DNA of 64,000 nucleotides from Desulfobacterales bacterium (GTDB taxonomy: Bacteria; Desulfobacterota; Desulfobacteria; Desulfobacterales; UBA5852), in assembly GCA_963674755.2 (NCBI GenBank), contig CAXXVS010000003.1, positions 2,368,001-2,432,000 of the forward strand, given 5' to 3'. A model generated the notes under the pieces. That model was not told the DNA's origin. It ran no database searches and saw only the letters and a list, made by a program, of their open reading frames with translations. Of this stretch, positions 46,950 through 56,650 are shown piece by piece. Position 1 is the first letter of the stretch. Each line of letters starts with the position of its first letter. Both the position numbers and the translations under genes were made by a program.

Positions 46950-48332
46950 TTAGCGCACCTGTTGGTCGCTGTCGGGCAACCGGCGCATGGCCAGTAGGGC
47001 GGCCTGACGCTGCCCCTTGAAGGTCGCGGCTTTGGCCAGCGCTTCGCGACCGGCGGCCGTATCCTTGATCTGCAGGGCGGCATAGCCCGCCATCAGCCAG
47101 GCCCGTCCGGCCCGTCTTCGGTCGACCCGGGCCGCCTGCCTGAACGCCTGGCCGGCCTCGGCATAGCGCTCCAGGGCGTACAGCAGATCGGCTTTGGTCA
47201 TCAGCAGTTCGCTTTCGTTGGTGTCCGGCGCAAACTGCTGGCAGGCATCCAGGGCCTCTTGGAACCGGCCAAGCTGTTGCAGGGCCTGCACCAGATTTTT
47301 CAAAAGCCGCGGGTCGCGGTCCTGCTTCAGGGCGACCGCGTATAACGGGGCCGCTTTGGCCGGGATGCCCACCTGAAGGTGGAGATCGGCCACCAGGCGG
47401 GTTTCCCGCTCGGATAGGGGCCTCAAAAAACCGACCACCGTCATGGCCATCAGGGCCTGCTCGTAATGGTTTTCGTGCAAAGCTACATGGGCCAGAGCCT
47501 GCCACCATTTGTCCCGCAAAGGGGCTTCGCGGGTAAGCCGCAAGACCAGATCCCGGGCCGCTTTGGTCATCTCGAGTTCAAGATATTGGTGCAGTAGGAT
47601 TTCCTGCCATTGGACCTGCTTTTCGCCGGTGGCGGTGGCGGCCAAGGCGCGGATATGGGGCAGGGCCCGGCGGGGCTGGTTGGCCGACAGCAGGGCGTGG
47701 ACGGCGTTTTCCCGCCAGGCCGGCTGAACCGCCGCCGCATGGCGGGCGAACAATTGGTCGAAAGCCGCGATGGCGGGGGCGTACTGTCGATCCATGAGAA
47801 GGGCTACGGCACTGCTGTAAAGATGGGTGGGGTCCGGCACGGATGCGCGGGCATAGGCCTCGGCAAACCCCCGGGCCGCAGTGGCATAGTCTTGCCGTCC
47901 ATAGGCGGCCTGGGCCAGGTTCAGCCAGGACGGGATGTGATCGGGATCCCGCTGCAGGGCTTTTTCGAAGGCTGTGATCGCCGCTCCGTAAGCGTTTTGC
48001 ATGAGGCGGCAGGTGCCCAAGGCGAAATACACCTGGGGATGATGGGTCCCCCGGGGATCGTCGTCCTCCGGGCCGGGGAAGGGGCCGCCGCCGGCCTGGA
48101 AGATTTCGAGGACCTCGGCGGCCTGGTCATAGGCCTTGTCCTGGATCAGACGGGCCGCCTTGGCCAGGGCCACCCGGGCCGGTCCGGGCAGGTCGGAGGG
48201 GTCCGCCCGGCCCGGCCCGGGTGCCATGACGGCCAAGGCGGCCAGAAGCATGGCCACCCGGAAGGCCGTCGCCAGGCACAGCCGGGTGCAAAGAAGATGA
48301 TATCTTAACTGATGCATGAGGTCGTCCTCCAA
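46950..48332 (-). CDS. Exported TPR protein (TtpD-like partner of the TonB system)
   Basis: Signal-like N-terminus, multiple TPR repeats; follows tonB. Start uncertain. Confidence 0.8.
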   Translation of the reverse strand: MEDDLMHQLRYHLLCTRLCLATAFRVAMLLAALAVMAPGPGRADPSDLPGPARVALAKAARLIQDKAYDQAAEVLEIFQAGGGPFPGPEDDDPRGTHHPQVYFALGTCRLMQNAYGAAITAFEKALQRDPDHIPSWLNLAQAAYGRQDYATAARGFAEAYARASVPDPTHLYSSAVALLMDRQYAPAIAAFDQLFARHAAAVQPAWRENAVHALLSANQPRRALPHIRALAATATGEKQVQWQEILLHQYLELEMTKAARDLVLRLTREAPLRDKWWQALAHVALHENHYEQALMAMTVVGFLRPLSERETRLVADLHLQVGIPAKAAPLYAVALKQDRDPRLLKNLVQALQQLGRFQEALDACQQFAPDTNESELLMTKADLLYALERYAEAGQAFRQAARVDRRRAGRAWLMAGYAALQIKDTAAGREALAKAATFKGQRQAALLAMRRLPDSDQQVR

Positions 48333-48344
48333 GACGGCGGCTGG

Positions 48345-49037
48345 CTATTCCAACTCGAAACGAATCGTGGTTTCCGCCCAGGCTTTGACCGGCGTGCCGT
48401 CAACCGTTCCCGGTCTGAAGCGCCATCCGGCCACACAGCGCAGGACGTTGGCGTCAAAAATGCCGGTGGGCTGACTCTCCTGGATGCTGATGTCGGTGAC
48501 CCGTCCGTCTTCCTGGACCACGAAGCGCACCCGTACCCAGCCCTCGATGCCCCGGTGCTTGGCATGGAGGGGGTAGACCGGCGGGATGCGGGAAACCACT
48601 GTCAGGGGCGCGTCCAGGTCGCCGGCCCCGAAGAGGTCGCCCAAGCCGGTCATGTCCGGCTCGACGGGCGCGACCGCGGGCAGGCTCACGGCTACCGGTC
48701 CGGCCGGCAGATGGGGGTTTAGCTCAAAATTCAGGGCCAGGCGGGGTTGCGACGTCGGAGCGAAACGCGGCTGGGGCAGCGCTTCCGGCGGCGGGGCCGG
48801 CGGTTTTTCGGGTTCGCGCTCCACCGGGCGCTCTTCCCGCTTGAGGCGGATGACATTGATATTGGCCACGGGCTGTTCGAAGACCGGCACTTCGGTAGGC
48901 CGCTCCAGCAGGTGGGGCATGAGGGCGAAGAGCGCAAGGTTGAAGACCAAGGCGGCAACGCCCGCCATAAGCCAGGCCGTGGCCCGGTGGGGCCATTTTC
49001 CGGTTCCGGTCGGCCCCGCTATAACGGTGGCCGTCAT
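48345..49037 (-). CDS. tonB: Energy transducer TonB
   Basis: N-terminal TM, Pro-rich linker, PVYP..A..RGIEGWV.V.F, WRFRP. Confidence 0.92.
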   Translation of the reverse strand: MTATVIAGPTGTGKWPHRATAWLMAGVAALVFNLALFALMPHLLERPTEVPVFEQPVANINVIRLKREERPVEREPEKPPAPPPEALPQPRFAPTSQPRLALNFELNPHLPAGPVAVSLPAVAPVEPDMTGLGDLFGAGDLDAPLTVVSRIPPVYPLHAKHRGIEGWVRVRFVVQEDGRVTDISIQESQPTGIFDANVLRCVAGWRFRPGTVDGTPVKAWAETTIRFELE

Positions 49038-49039
49038 GA

Positions 49040-49459
49040 TCAGGAGCCCTCCGGCAACCGGGCGGCCAGGGATACATTGGCGGCACCGGCCAGACGGCAG
49101 CCGTCCATGACCCGGATGGCCGTGCCGGTGGTGCTGGCCCGGTCGGCGACCACCACCACGACCCCATCCGGGTTCTCGGCCAGGGCCCGCTCCACATTGG
49201 CCCGCACGGCCCGCACATCCACTTCCCGGTGGTCGAAAAAAATCCGGTCGGCGGCATCGATCCCGATCAGAATCGTGGCCTTGGCCTGGCTCACGGCCGT
49301 GGCCGCCGTGGGGCGGTTGATCTCCACCCCGGTCTCCTTGACAAAACTCGTGGTGACCAGAAAGAAGATCAGCAGGATGAACACCATATCGATGAGCGGG
49401 GCGATGTTCAGCTCCACGGTGGAGCGGCTGTTGCGGCGGGCGCGGCTGATGGCGAGCAT
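49040..49459 (-). CDS. exbD: Biopolymer transport protein ExbD
   Basis: LNIAPLIDMVFILLIFFLVTTSF. Confidence 0.92.
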   Translation of the reverse strand: MLAISRARRNSRSTVELNIAPLIDMVFILLIFFLVTTSFVKETGVEINRPTAATAVSQAKATILIGIDAADRIFFDHREVDVRAVRANVERALAENPDGVVVVVADRASTTGTAIRVMDGCRLAGAANVSLAARLPEGS

Positions 49460-49602
49460 GTCGGTCGGGTCCCTTATCTATCTAAAAAATAATTTAATAA
49501 TTCATTGTTCATTTTCTTTAAGTCGGCTGAAGTAGTCATGCCGCCTGGACTAACCTTCTTCATGTCCTTCATGATCTTCATGGTGAATCTTTCCCCTAAA
49601 CC

Positions 49603-50214
49603 TCACAAATGCCGCCGCAGAAACAGGCCGGCGGTGGCGATGCGCTGCTGCAGGTTGCGGGCCCGGCGGTCCAGGAAGCCTTTCATGTAGAGACCGGGAA
49701 TGGCTACCAGAAGGCCGGTCTGGGTGGTGATGAGGGCTTCCGATATGCCGCCGGCCATGGCCTTGGCATTGCCCGTGCCGAAGACCGACATGATGTCGAA
49801 GGTGGCGATCATGCCGGTCACGGTGCCCAGCAGACCCAACAGGGGCGCCACGGCCGCCAGCACCCCGATCACCTGCAGGTAGTCGGTCAGGGACCGGTTG
49901 AGGCGTTGTACGGTCTCTTCCAGGATAAAACGGTCCAGGAGGCGGTTGCCGCTGCGGGCCTGCAGGAAATGCGTTACCAGCAAGGCGATGGCCCCGCTAT
50001 ACTCACGGCGGTCGGGCAGACGATTTTGCTGCACGTACTCCCGGGCGGTCCGGAAGGGCATGTTGCGGCGGTGCAGGCGCCGGAAAAACAAGGCCCGGTT
50101 CATGATGAGCAGCCACATGACCAGGCTGACCCCGGCCAGCGGGGGCATTACCGGGCCGCCGGCCTGCAGGTAGTCCAGGGTTTGGTGGTAAGCGGTTTGC
50201 CAGAGCTCAGTCAT
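49603..50214 (-). CDS. exbB: MotA/TolQ/ExbB proton channel
   Basis: APLLGLLGTVTGMI..F; GISEALITT..GL.VAIP. Confidence 0.9.
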   Translation of the reverse strand: MTELWQTAYHQTLDYLQAGGPVMPPLAGVSLVMWLLIMNRALFFRRLHRRNMPFRTAREYVQQNRLPDRREYSGAIALLVTHFLQARSGNRLLDRFILEETVQRLNRSLTDYLQVIGVLAAVAPLLGLLGTVTGMIATFDIMSVFGTGNAKAMAGGISEALITTQTGLLVAIPGLYMKGFLDRRARNLQQRIATAGLFLRRHL

Positions 50215-51646
50215 GGATCGTGCGACGCTTGTCGATGCTGTTGACCAGGGCCAGGGCTTTTTCTTCCATCTGGCCGATGCGCCGGTCCACCGCCCGGTTC
50301 AAGAGGGTATGGGCCAGCATGATGGGAATAGCCACGGACAACCCCAGCATGGTGGTGACCAGGGCTTCCGAGATGCCGCCGGACATCATGCGCGGGTCGC
50401 CGGTGCCGAAGCGGGTGATCACATGAAAGGTGTCGATCATGCCGGTGACCGTGCCCAGGAGCCCCAGCAAAGGGGCGATGGCGGCCAGCATGCCCAGGGT
50501 CGACAGGAAGCGTTCCATGGGCGGGACTTCGCGCAGGATGGCTTCCTGTAAGACGTTTTCCATTTCCTCCCGGGGCAGCTGGCAGCATTCCAGACCGGCG
50601 GCCAGCACCCGGGCCACGGGTTTGCCACCCAACGCGAGACAGGTCTCGCGGCATTCCGGCCAGCGTTGTTCCTTGATCAGGGCGGCGATACGCCGCATCA
50701 GTTTTTCGGCATTACAGTTTTTGCGCAGCAGAAAGACCACGCGCTCGATCACGATGAGCACCCCGACGGCCAGGATGGCCAGAATCGGCCATACGATGGG
50801 ACCCCCTTTGGGGATTTGTTCCCAGAGACTCAGTTCGTGGGTCAGCTGCCGCAGGGCCGCCCCCCGGGAGATGTCGATGGGCACGGCCTCGGCCCGTCCG
50901 TCCATATAGGCGGCAATCTGTTTCTGAATCCGCGCTTGGGGAAGGCGGGAGAGGGCATAGAGCTTTTGGCCGGCCTCGGAATAGGTCAGAAATCCAATTT
51001 CGTCGTCCCGGCGGTAGGCGGCGCTGAAGCATCCCAGGGACAGGATCTCGGCTTCGGCTTCCAGACCGGCCCGGTCGGTGATCGTGCCCCGGCCGAGGGC
51101 CACTTCCCCTGTGCGCTGGATATAGTGTTCCAGGGCGGCCACCATGCGGCGGATGTCGTCCATCCCGGGAAAGCGGGACTGCTCGGCGATGGCCTGGAGA
51201 AAGGCCAGATCCTGGTCGTCCAGGGCGCTTTGCAGGTTTTCGCGCCAGAGGGCAGCCGTGTCCTTGGCCGCCACACGGATCAATCCCACCAGCTCGCGAA
51301 TGACGCCGTCGGTTTCGGCCAGTTGAGCGGAGAGGGCGGTTTCTTTCTCTTCCAGGGACTGGATTTCGGTCGCAAGCCCCTCGACGGATGATTGCAGCCG
51401 GGCATTCTTGGCTTCGAGGGCTGCGATTGCCTTGTCCAGGGCGTCCCGGTCTTGGGCAATGCGGGCGCGGGCCGCGGCGGCATCCGCTTCGGCCGCCTGC
51501 CGTTCTTCGGCCGCTTTCTGCATCAAAGCCTGGCGGGTCTGGCGGGCTTCGGTCTGCCGCAGGCGCATGTCCTGGCCGTATCCCGGACCGGTGTTTGTCA
51601 GAACAACCAGGCCGACGATCAACAACAACCAACGCTGAAGGTTCAT
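50207..51646 (-). CDS. Long ExbB-family protein with periplasmic coiled coil (TtpC-like)
   Basis: Signal peptide, coiled coil, C-terminal ExbB domain (APLLGLLGTVTGMI, FGTGDPRMMSGGISEAL). Confidence 0.85.
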   Translation of the reverse strand: MNLQRWLLLIVGLVVLTNTGPGYGQDMRLRQTEARQTRQALMQKAAEERQAAEADAAAARARIAQDRDALDKAIAALEAKNARLQSSVEGLATEIQSLEEKETALSAQLAETDGVIRELVGLIRVAAKDTAALWRENLQSALDDQDLAFLQAIAEQSRFPGMDDIRRMVAALEHYIQRTGEVALGRGTITDRAGLEAEAEILSLGCFSAAYRRDDEIGFLTYSEAGQKLYALSRLPQARIQKQIAAYMDGRAEAVPIDISRGAALRQLTHELSLWEQIPKGGPIVWPILAILAVGVLIVIERVVFLLRKNCNAEKLMRRIAALIKEQRWPECRETCLALGGKPVARVLAAGLECCQLPREEMENVLQEAILREVPPMERFLSTLGMLAAIAPLLGLLGTVTGMIDTFHVITRFGTGDPRMMSGGISEALVTTMLGLSVAIPIMLAHTLLNRAVDRRIGQMEEKALALVNSIDKRRTIHD

Positions 51647-52425
51647 GGGGCGGCCATCCTTCCCAACGGCAGGGACAGCAATTCCACCGGTTGCCGTTTG
51701 GCCCCGATGTCGATGGCCGTTTGCAGGGCGTTGTCAAAGGACGGGGGCAGGGAGATCCAGGACCGGGAGGCCACATCGAACAGGCCGCTGCGGCTGTGGT
51801 CCAGGGTCTGGAAGAAGATGCCGATGCGTCCCAGGCGAAAGACCGTGGCCAGCAGGGGCTGTCCGTCCACCGTGATGGTGTCCTGGTAGACTTCGATGGT
51901 TCGTCCGTATTCGGCTTCCACCATCAGGGCTTCCATGGTTTTGCGGAATTTTTCGCTGACTGTCAGGCCCGGGTCGGCCAGCAGGGTGCCCAGGTTGTCC
52001 ACCCGTCTTTGGCGTTCGTCCCGCAGAAAGGGCTGGTCCGCATCAATGCGGGCCCGCAGCGCGGCCAGTACGTCTTCCAGGTAGGGGGCCAGCTGGTGGC
52101 CGATTTCCTCGCCGGCGGCCAGTTGGTGCGTTTTGGCGGCGATCCGTTCCTGGCGGGCGGCCTGGTCCTGCTGCAGGTGCGCCTCTTCTTTTGTAAGCCG
52201 GGCCTGCTCCTGCTGCAGCGAGGCCAGCAGGGCCATGCGTTTTTCACGTTCCTGGCGCCAAGTCTCCTCGGCCTTCTGGGTGGCCTGCTGGGTGTCGATG
52301 GCCTGTCGGACCGGCTTTTCGATTTTTTCACGGACGGCGTCTCCCGCCGGCCAAGCCGACCCCGGTGCCAGGACCGCGCTCAGCACGAGCACCGGCACAA
52401 TGCGTTTCCACAACATCGACTTCAA
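51643..52425 (-). CDS. DUF3450 protein (TtpB-like)
   Basis: Signal peptide, coiled coil, D.PFL.DER..R, SEKFR..MEAL.VEAEYGRTIE, RLGRI; TTG start with GGAGG RBS. Confidence 0.85.
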   Translation of the reverse strand: MKSMLWKRIVPVLVLSAVLAPGSAWPAGDAVREKIEKPVRQAIDTQQATQKAEETWRQEREKRMALLASLQQEQARLTKEEAHLQQDQAARQERIAAKTHQLAAGEEIGHQLAPYLEDVLAALRARIDADQPFLRDERQRRVDNLGTLLADPGLTVSEKFRKTMEALMVEAEYGRTIEVYQDTITVDGQPLLATVFRLGRIGIFFQTLDHSRSGLFDVASRSWISLPPSFDNALQTAIDIGAKRQPVELLSLPLGRMAAP

Positions 52426-52474
52426 CGGTCACCTCCTCCAATCGGCTACCCGTCCCTCCGCTCGCCGGCGCCCC

Positions 52475-52538
52475 AATAAAAAAGGCCGAGGAGGGTCTAT
52501 GACGGGATGCGTTCCGTACAGAGACCTTCTCGGCCTTG
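52475..52538 (-). promoter_or_regulatory. Leader terminator with variant motif GCCGAGAAGG
   Basis: Minus strand AAGGCCGAGAAGGTCT..AGACCCTCCTCGGCC-TTTTTT, ~50 nt before the DUF3450 start. Confidence 0.65.
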
Positions 52539-53222
52539 TTGATCTATTTCCAGAGTGCGTTAGGCTAGGGACGTTAGAATTCCCGCCCACCGCTTTTTTT
52601 TAACCGGCGAGGCCCGATTCAAGACTTCGCGTGCTTTAATGCAAGCTCCATTCGTTGAGAAGTACCTGCCTAGTACATTGCTTGCATGAAGATATGCTCA
52701 TTAGCTCAGAATCCGATTCGATGTCAAGAGCGATTTTGGTCGGACACGGCGGCCCGCGGGGTGACTCAGTGCCCATCCATAAATGGCATCTTCTGGCCCC
52801 TGGCCCGCCGCCGGTAAACCAATCCACCTTTGGCGGACAAGCCGGGGTTCTCGCCTTTTGCCGGTCCTCGGCGTAGCCGGGCTGCGCCTGTGGGCACCCA
52901 CCGTTGAAGGATCAATCAGATGGGAAGTCCCGCTCGGCGGGACGCCAATCGGCCGCACTTTGTTGAAAACCGATGTGTTCAAAGAATCAGACGTGAAATC
53001 CCGTCTAGCGGGATAATATCCCGCGCTGTGCGGCGGGACCGGGAACCAAGATCTGCCACCTCTGGATGGGCACTACTTATCTTCGCATGCCTGCTGAACA
53101 ATTCGCGGCCTCTGTGGTTGCAGGGCGAGCGTTTGGGGCATGCCTGAGAATGCCGGCGGCGCGCGCCCATTTTTTTACTTGACGGCTGGAAGGAAGCCTG
53201 AATAAACATACGGCGCAAATCG

Positions 53223-53388
53223 TGCTCAGAAGAGGGAACCCCGTGAGAATCGGGGACGGGCCCGCCGCTGTAACCCTGCCTGTTATCACCACAGGATCTT
53301 CTCCCGCACGGATAAGCCACTGTTCCGATGGGTATCGGGACGGGAAGGCGGCCGGAGAAGTCGGGAAGTCAGAAAACCTGCCTGAGCA
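53223..53388 (+). ncRNA. Cobalamin riboswitch 2 (upstream of btuFCD)
   Basis: AGAGGGAAccccGTgAgAAtcgggg..cccGCcgCTGTAA..GCCACTG..GGGAAGG..AGTCAGAAAACCTGCC; P1 tgctcag/ctgagca; terminator at ~53450-53481. Confidence 0.9.
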
Positions 53389-53481
53389 AAGGTACCGTTC
53401 CCGAGGATTTTAAGCGGTGCGCTGTTCCTGCGGATAAATAGGGACATCCCCAGGTCGACATCTGATCGGACCTGTTTTTTT

Positions 53482-54384
53482 ATGCGCTTTGTCGTGTTCG
53501 CCCGCTATGTCTTCCCGGTGTTGTTGCTGTTGTTCCATTTGGAACGATCCCATGCCGCGATGGTCGACCAACTGGGACGCCAGGTCGCGATTCCCTCCCA
53601 TCCCCAACGAGTGGTGGCCCTGGCCCCCAGCATAACGGAAGTCATTTTCGCCCTCGATCGCGGTGCGCGGCTGGTGGGCGTCACCCGTTACAGTGATTAC
53701 CCCCCGGCGGCCCAATCCCTTCCGCAAGTCGGCTCCTACATCCACCTGGACCTGGAACGCATCGTAGCCCTGGCCCCGGATCTTTGCATCGCCGTCAAGG
53801 ACGGCAATCCCAAGGCGGTCGTCGACCGGCTGGACGCCTTCGGGATTCCGGTGTATGCCGTCAATCCCATGGGCTTGGAAAGCGTTGTGGACACCATCAC
53901 CGAAATTGCCGTCCTGTTGAATGCGCAACCCGAGGCCGGGGTTCTGGTGGCAGACCTCAGGCGGCGCATCCAGGCGGTGCGTGACAAGGTGGCCGCCAGG
54001 CCCCAGCGCCCCAAGGTTTTTTTTCAGATCGGGATTGCCCCCATCGTCGCCGTGGGCGCCCATACGCTCATCGACGAGCTGATCGTGACGGCCGGCGGCA
54101 TCAATGCCACTGCCGGACCGGTTCCCTATCCCCGCTTCAGCCGCGAACAGGTGATTGCCCTGGCCCCGGACATCATCATCATCACCTCCATGGCCCGGGG
54201 GGCGGCCTTCGAATCCGTCAAAAAGGAATGGGAACAATGGCCCGATATCCCGGCGGTGCGCCACAACCGTATCTACCTGGTGGATTCCGATATCTTCGAC
54301 CGGGCTTCGCCGCGGCTGGTGGAAGCCCTTGAAAGGCTGGCCGGCCTGATCCATCCCCAGCGCCCGGGGGATAACCCGCCATGA
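53482..54384 (+). CDS. btuF: Cobalamin ABC substrate-binding protein
   Basis: D.LGR.V....PQRVVALAPSITE; ERIVALAPDL; lies under a B12 riboswitch. Confidence 0.85.
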   Translation: MRFVVFARYVFPVLLLLFHLERSHAAMVDQLGRQVAIPSHPQRVVALAPSITEVIFALDRGARLVGVTRYSDYPPAAQSLPQVGSYIHLDLERIVALAPDLCIAVKDGNPKAVVDRLDAFGIPVYAVNPMGLESVVDTITEIAVLLNAQPEAGVLVADLRRRIQAVRDKVAARPQRPKVFFQIGIAPIVAVGAHTLIDELIVTAGGINATAGPVPYPRFSREQVIALAPDIIIITSMARGAAFESVKKEWEQWPDIPAVRHNRIYLVDSDIFDRASPRLVEALERLAGLIHPQRPGDNPP

Positions 54385-55388
54385 TCGCCGACCGCCCGAT
54401 CACCCATAAAATTGGACTGATCTGTCTGCTGTTGCTGGGGGGCCTGATCATCGCCCTTTTCATGGCCGTCGCCTGGGGGGCCACCGGCGGCAGCCTGCGG
54501 GCCATATGGGAAACGCTGCAAAACGGCCCTGGTGCCGGAGGGGCCCAGCAGACGATTCTATGGCGCATCCGCCTGCCCCGGGCGCTGCTGGCCGCCGAGC
54601 TGGGCGCGACCCTGTCATTGGGGGGGCTTGTCTTTCAGGCCCTGTTGCGCAACGCGCTGGCGGAACCTTATATCCTCGGCATATCCGGCGGGGCCGCCGT
54701 GGGCGCCATCTTAGGGATCATGCTCGGGCTGGCCCGCTATCCGGGTGTCGCCGGACTGGCGTTTGCCGGAAGCCTGACCATCATGGGGCTCGTTCTCTAC
54801 CTGGCTTCGGGCCGGCAGCTCCTGCGGAAGGATTCCCTGCTGTTGGCCGGGGTCATGGTGAATGCTTTCTGCTCCGCCGTTATCCTGTTCCTGATTTCTC
54901 TCTCCCAGGATTTCCGCCTGCACCAAATCATGTTCTGGTTGATGGGCGATTTATCCCTGGCCGATATGGGCCAGGTCGGCCGTCTGGCCCTTATCCTGGC
55001 GCCGTGCTTTTTCGCACTCTTCCTGCTGTCCCACGCCATGAATCTCCTGACCATGGGGACCGAAACCGCCCAGGCCCTGGGCCTCCGCGTGAAGACGATC
55101 ATGGTGCTCCTCCTGATGGTCACTTCGCTGATGATCAGCGCCTCGGTGGCCCACTGCGGTCTCGTGGGGTTCGTCGGGCTGGTCATGCCGCACGTGCTGC
55201 GCCTCGTCCTGGGGCCGGACCATCGCGTCCTGGTGCCGGCTTGCCTGTTCGGCGGCGGCGCCTATCTGGTGCTCTGCGACCTGACGGCCCGTGTCATTTC
55301 CCGGCAGGGCGAAATGCCCGTGGGAGTGGTGACCGCTATGATCGGGGCTCCGGTGTTTATCTATCTTCTGCGGAGAACCCGGAATTGA
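54381..55388 (+). CDS. btuC: FecCD-family cobalamin ABC permease
   Basis: IRLPR, QALLRNALAEPYILGISGGA, GFVGLVMPH. Confidence 0.85.
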   Translation: MIADRPITHKIGLICLLLLGGLIIALFMAVAWGATGGSLRAIWETLQNGPGAGGAQQTILWRIRLPRALLAAELGATLSLGGLVFQALLRNALAEPYILGISGGAAVGAILGIMLGLARYPGVAGLAFAGSLTIMGLVLYLASGRQLLRKDSLLLAGVMVNAFCSAVILFLISLSQDFRLHQIMFWLMGDLSLADMGQVGRLALILAPCFFALFLLSHAMNLLTMGTETAQALGLRVKTIMVLLLMVTSLMISASVAHCGLVGFVGLVMPHVLRLVLGPDHRVLVPACLFGGGAYLVLCDLTARVISRQGEMPVGVVTAMIGAPVFIYLLRRTRN

Positions 55389-56206
55389 GACGGGCTTTCG
55401 ACATCCAGGAGGTCGCTTATGGCTATCGCAACCGGACCATCCTGCGTGATCTCTCCTTTGGGATCAAACGCGGCGCATTTTTTACCATCATCGGTCCCAA
55501 CGGGGCCGGCAAGACGACCCTGCTGCGACTTCTGGCCGGTATCGACAAACCCGCCTCCGGGACGATTGAGATCCTGGGAAAGTCGGTCGGGGACTACCGG
55601 CGCAAAACGCTGGCCCGGCGCATGGCCCTGGTTCCGCAACTTTCCCAGGTGGATTTTCCGTTCACGGTGCGCGAGGTGGTGCAAATGGGTCGGACGCCGC
55701 ATTTGGGCCTCCTCGGTCTTCCATCGGCCCAAGACCGGCATATCGTAGCGCAAGCCATGCGATTTACGGGCATCGATCACCTGCCCGAACGGCATTTGTC
55801 CCAATTGAGCGGTGGGGAGTGTCAGCGCGTTTTTCTGGCCCGGGCGATTTGCCAGGCGCCGGATATCATCCTGCTGGACGAACCTACCGCGGCTTTGGAC
55901 CTGGCCCATCAGATCCGCATCATGGATCTGATGGAGCAACTCCGCAAGGAGCGCCGGATGACCGTGGTCATGGTGTCCCATGATATCAATCTGGCCGCGC
56001 TTTATGCGGACACCATGCTTTTATTGCAGGAGGGGCAAACGGTGGCCATCGGACCGCCGGCTGAAATTCTCACGAATACTTCCATCAAAGCCGCCTATGG
56101 CTGTGATGTGGTTATCGACGTAAATCCTTTGGGAGAAGACATCCCGCGCGTCACGCCGATTCCGGGGAAGTACTTGTCTGCTAAAAAGCCGTTGACAAAT
56201 CCATGA
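55385..56206 (+). CDS. btuD: Cobalamin ABC ATPase
   Basis: GPNGAGKTT, LSGGECQR, LLDEPT; TTG start overlapping the btuC stop. Confidence 0.85.
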   Translation: MRRAFDIQEVAYGYRNRTILRDLSFGIKRGAFFTIIGPNGAGKTTLLRLLAGIDKPASGTIEILGKSVGDYRRKTLARRMALVPQLSQVDFPFTVREVVQMGRTPHLGLLGLPSAQDRHIVAQAMRFTGIDHLPERHLSQLSGGECQRVFLARAICQAPDIILLDEPTAALDLAHQIRIMDLMEQLRKERRMTVVMVSHDINLAALYADTMLLLQEGQTVAIGPPAEILTNTSIKAAYGCDVVIDVNPLGEDIPRVTPIPGKYLSAKKPLTNP

Positions 56207-56230
56207 ACGCAGGGTAGTCAAACGGCAACA

Positions 56231-56544
56231 TAGGTTTCAGGTGCCAGTTAACAGACTGTGGATAAACGGCGCCTAAGGCCGAAATGCGGCGTTGCAGCCC
56301 TCGCGAAAATGCTCACAACCTTTGAGGTTGCTGCGCTTTTCGCTTCGGTCTGCGCCTTGCCTTTCCGCCTGATGCTTGTTTATCCATAGCTGTTAGGGCT
56401 CAACAGGGAACCCCGTGCAAATCGGGGACGGACCCGCCGCTGTAACCGGGGACGAAATCTGCCGATACCACTTTCTCACGATGCGCGAGAGGGGAAGGGG
56501 CAGAAAGTAGGATGATCCGGAAGTCAGAAGACCTGCCTGCAACC
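56231..56544 (+). ncRNA. Cobalamin riboswitch 3 with ~150-nt insertion in P2
   Basis: caGGTGCC-[insert]-GGCtcAAcAGGGAAccccGTgcAAAtcgggg..GCcgCTGTAA..CCACT..GGGAAGG..AGTCAGAAGACCTGCC; terminator at 56604-56640. Confidence 0.9.
56249..56395. mobile_element. MITE-like element B inside riboswitch 3
   Basis: Ends taacagactgtggataaac / gtttatccatagctgtta are imperfect inverted repeats; internal gcgtt..stem..gccttg layout shared with elements A and C. Confidence 0.65.
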
Positions 56545-56650
56545 CGGAGCACAACCTCCGAGGAAAGAGGAGCTCCCTAGTATCTGTGGATTAAAACGGG
56601 AAGTCCCGGATCGATCGTCGTATCGATTCGGGATTTTTTTATGGGCTTGG

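Noticed and set aside
49558..49588. Short tandem repeat (cttcatgNN)x3 between exbB and exbD; similar gaatcct/gacccct run at ~62930-62960
   Set aside because: Too short and low in complexity to assign a function.
52600..53200. Short ORFs in the divergent intergenic region
   Set aside because: No RBS or motif support; the region holds promoters, leader stems and a REP-like hairpin.
54506..55384. Apparent 566-aa ATPase fusion
   Set aside because: The upstream part is an alternative frame over btuC; the real start is TTG at 55385.
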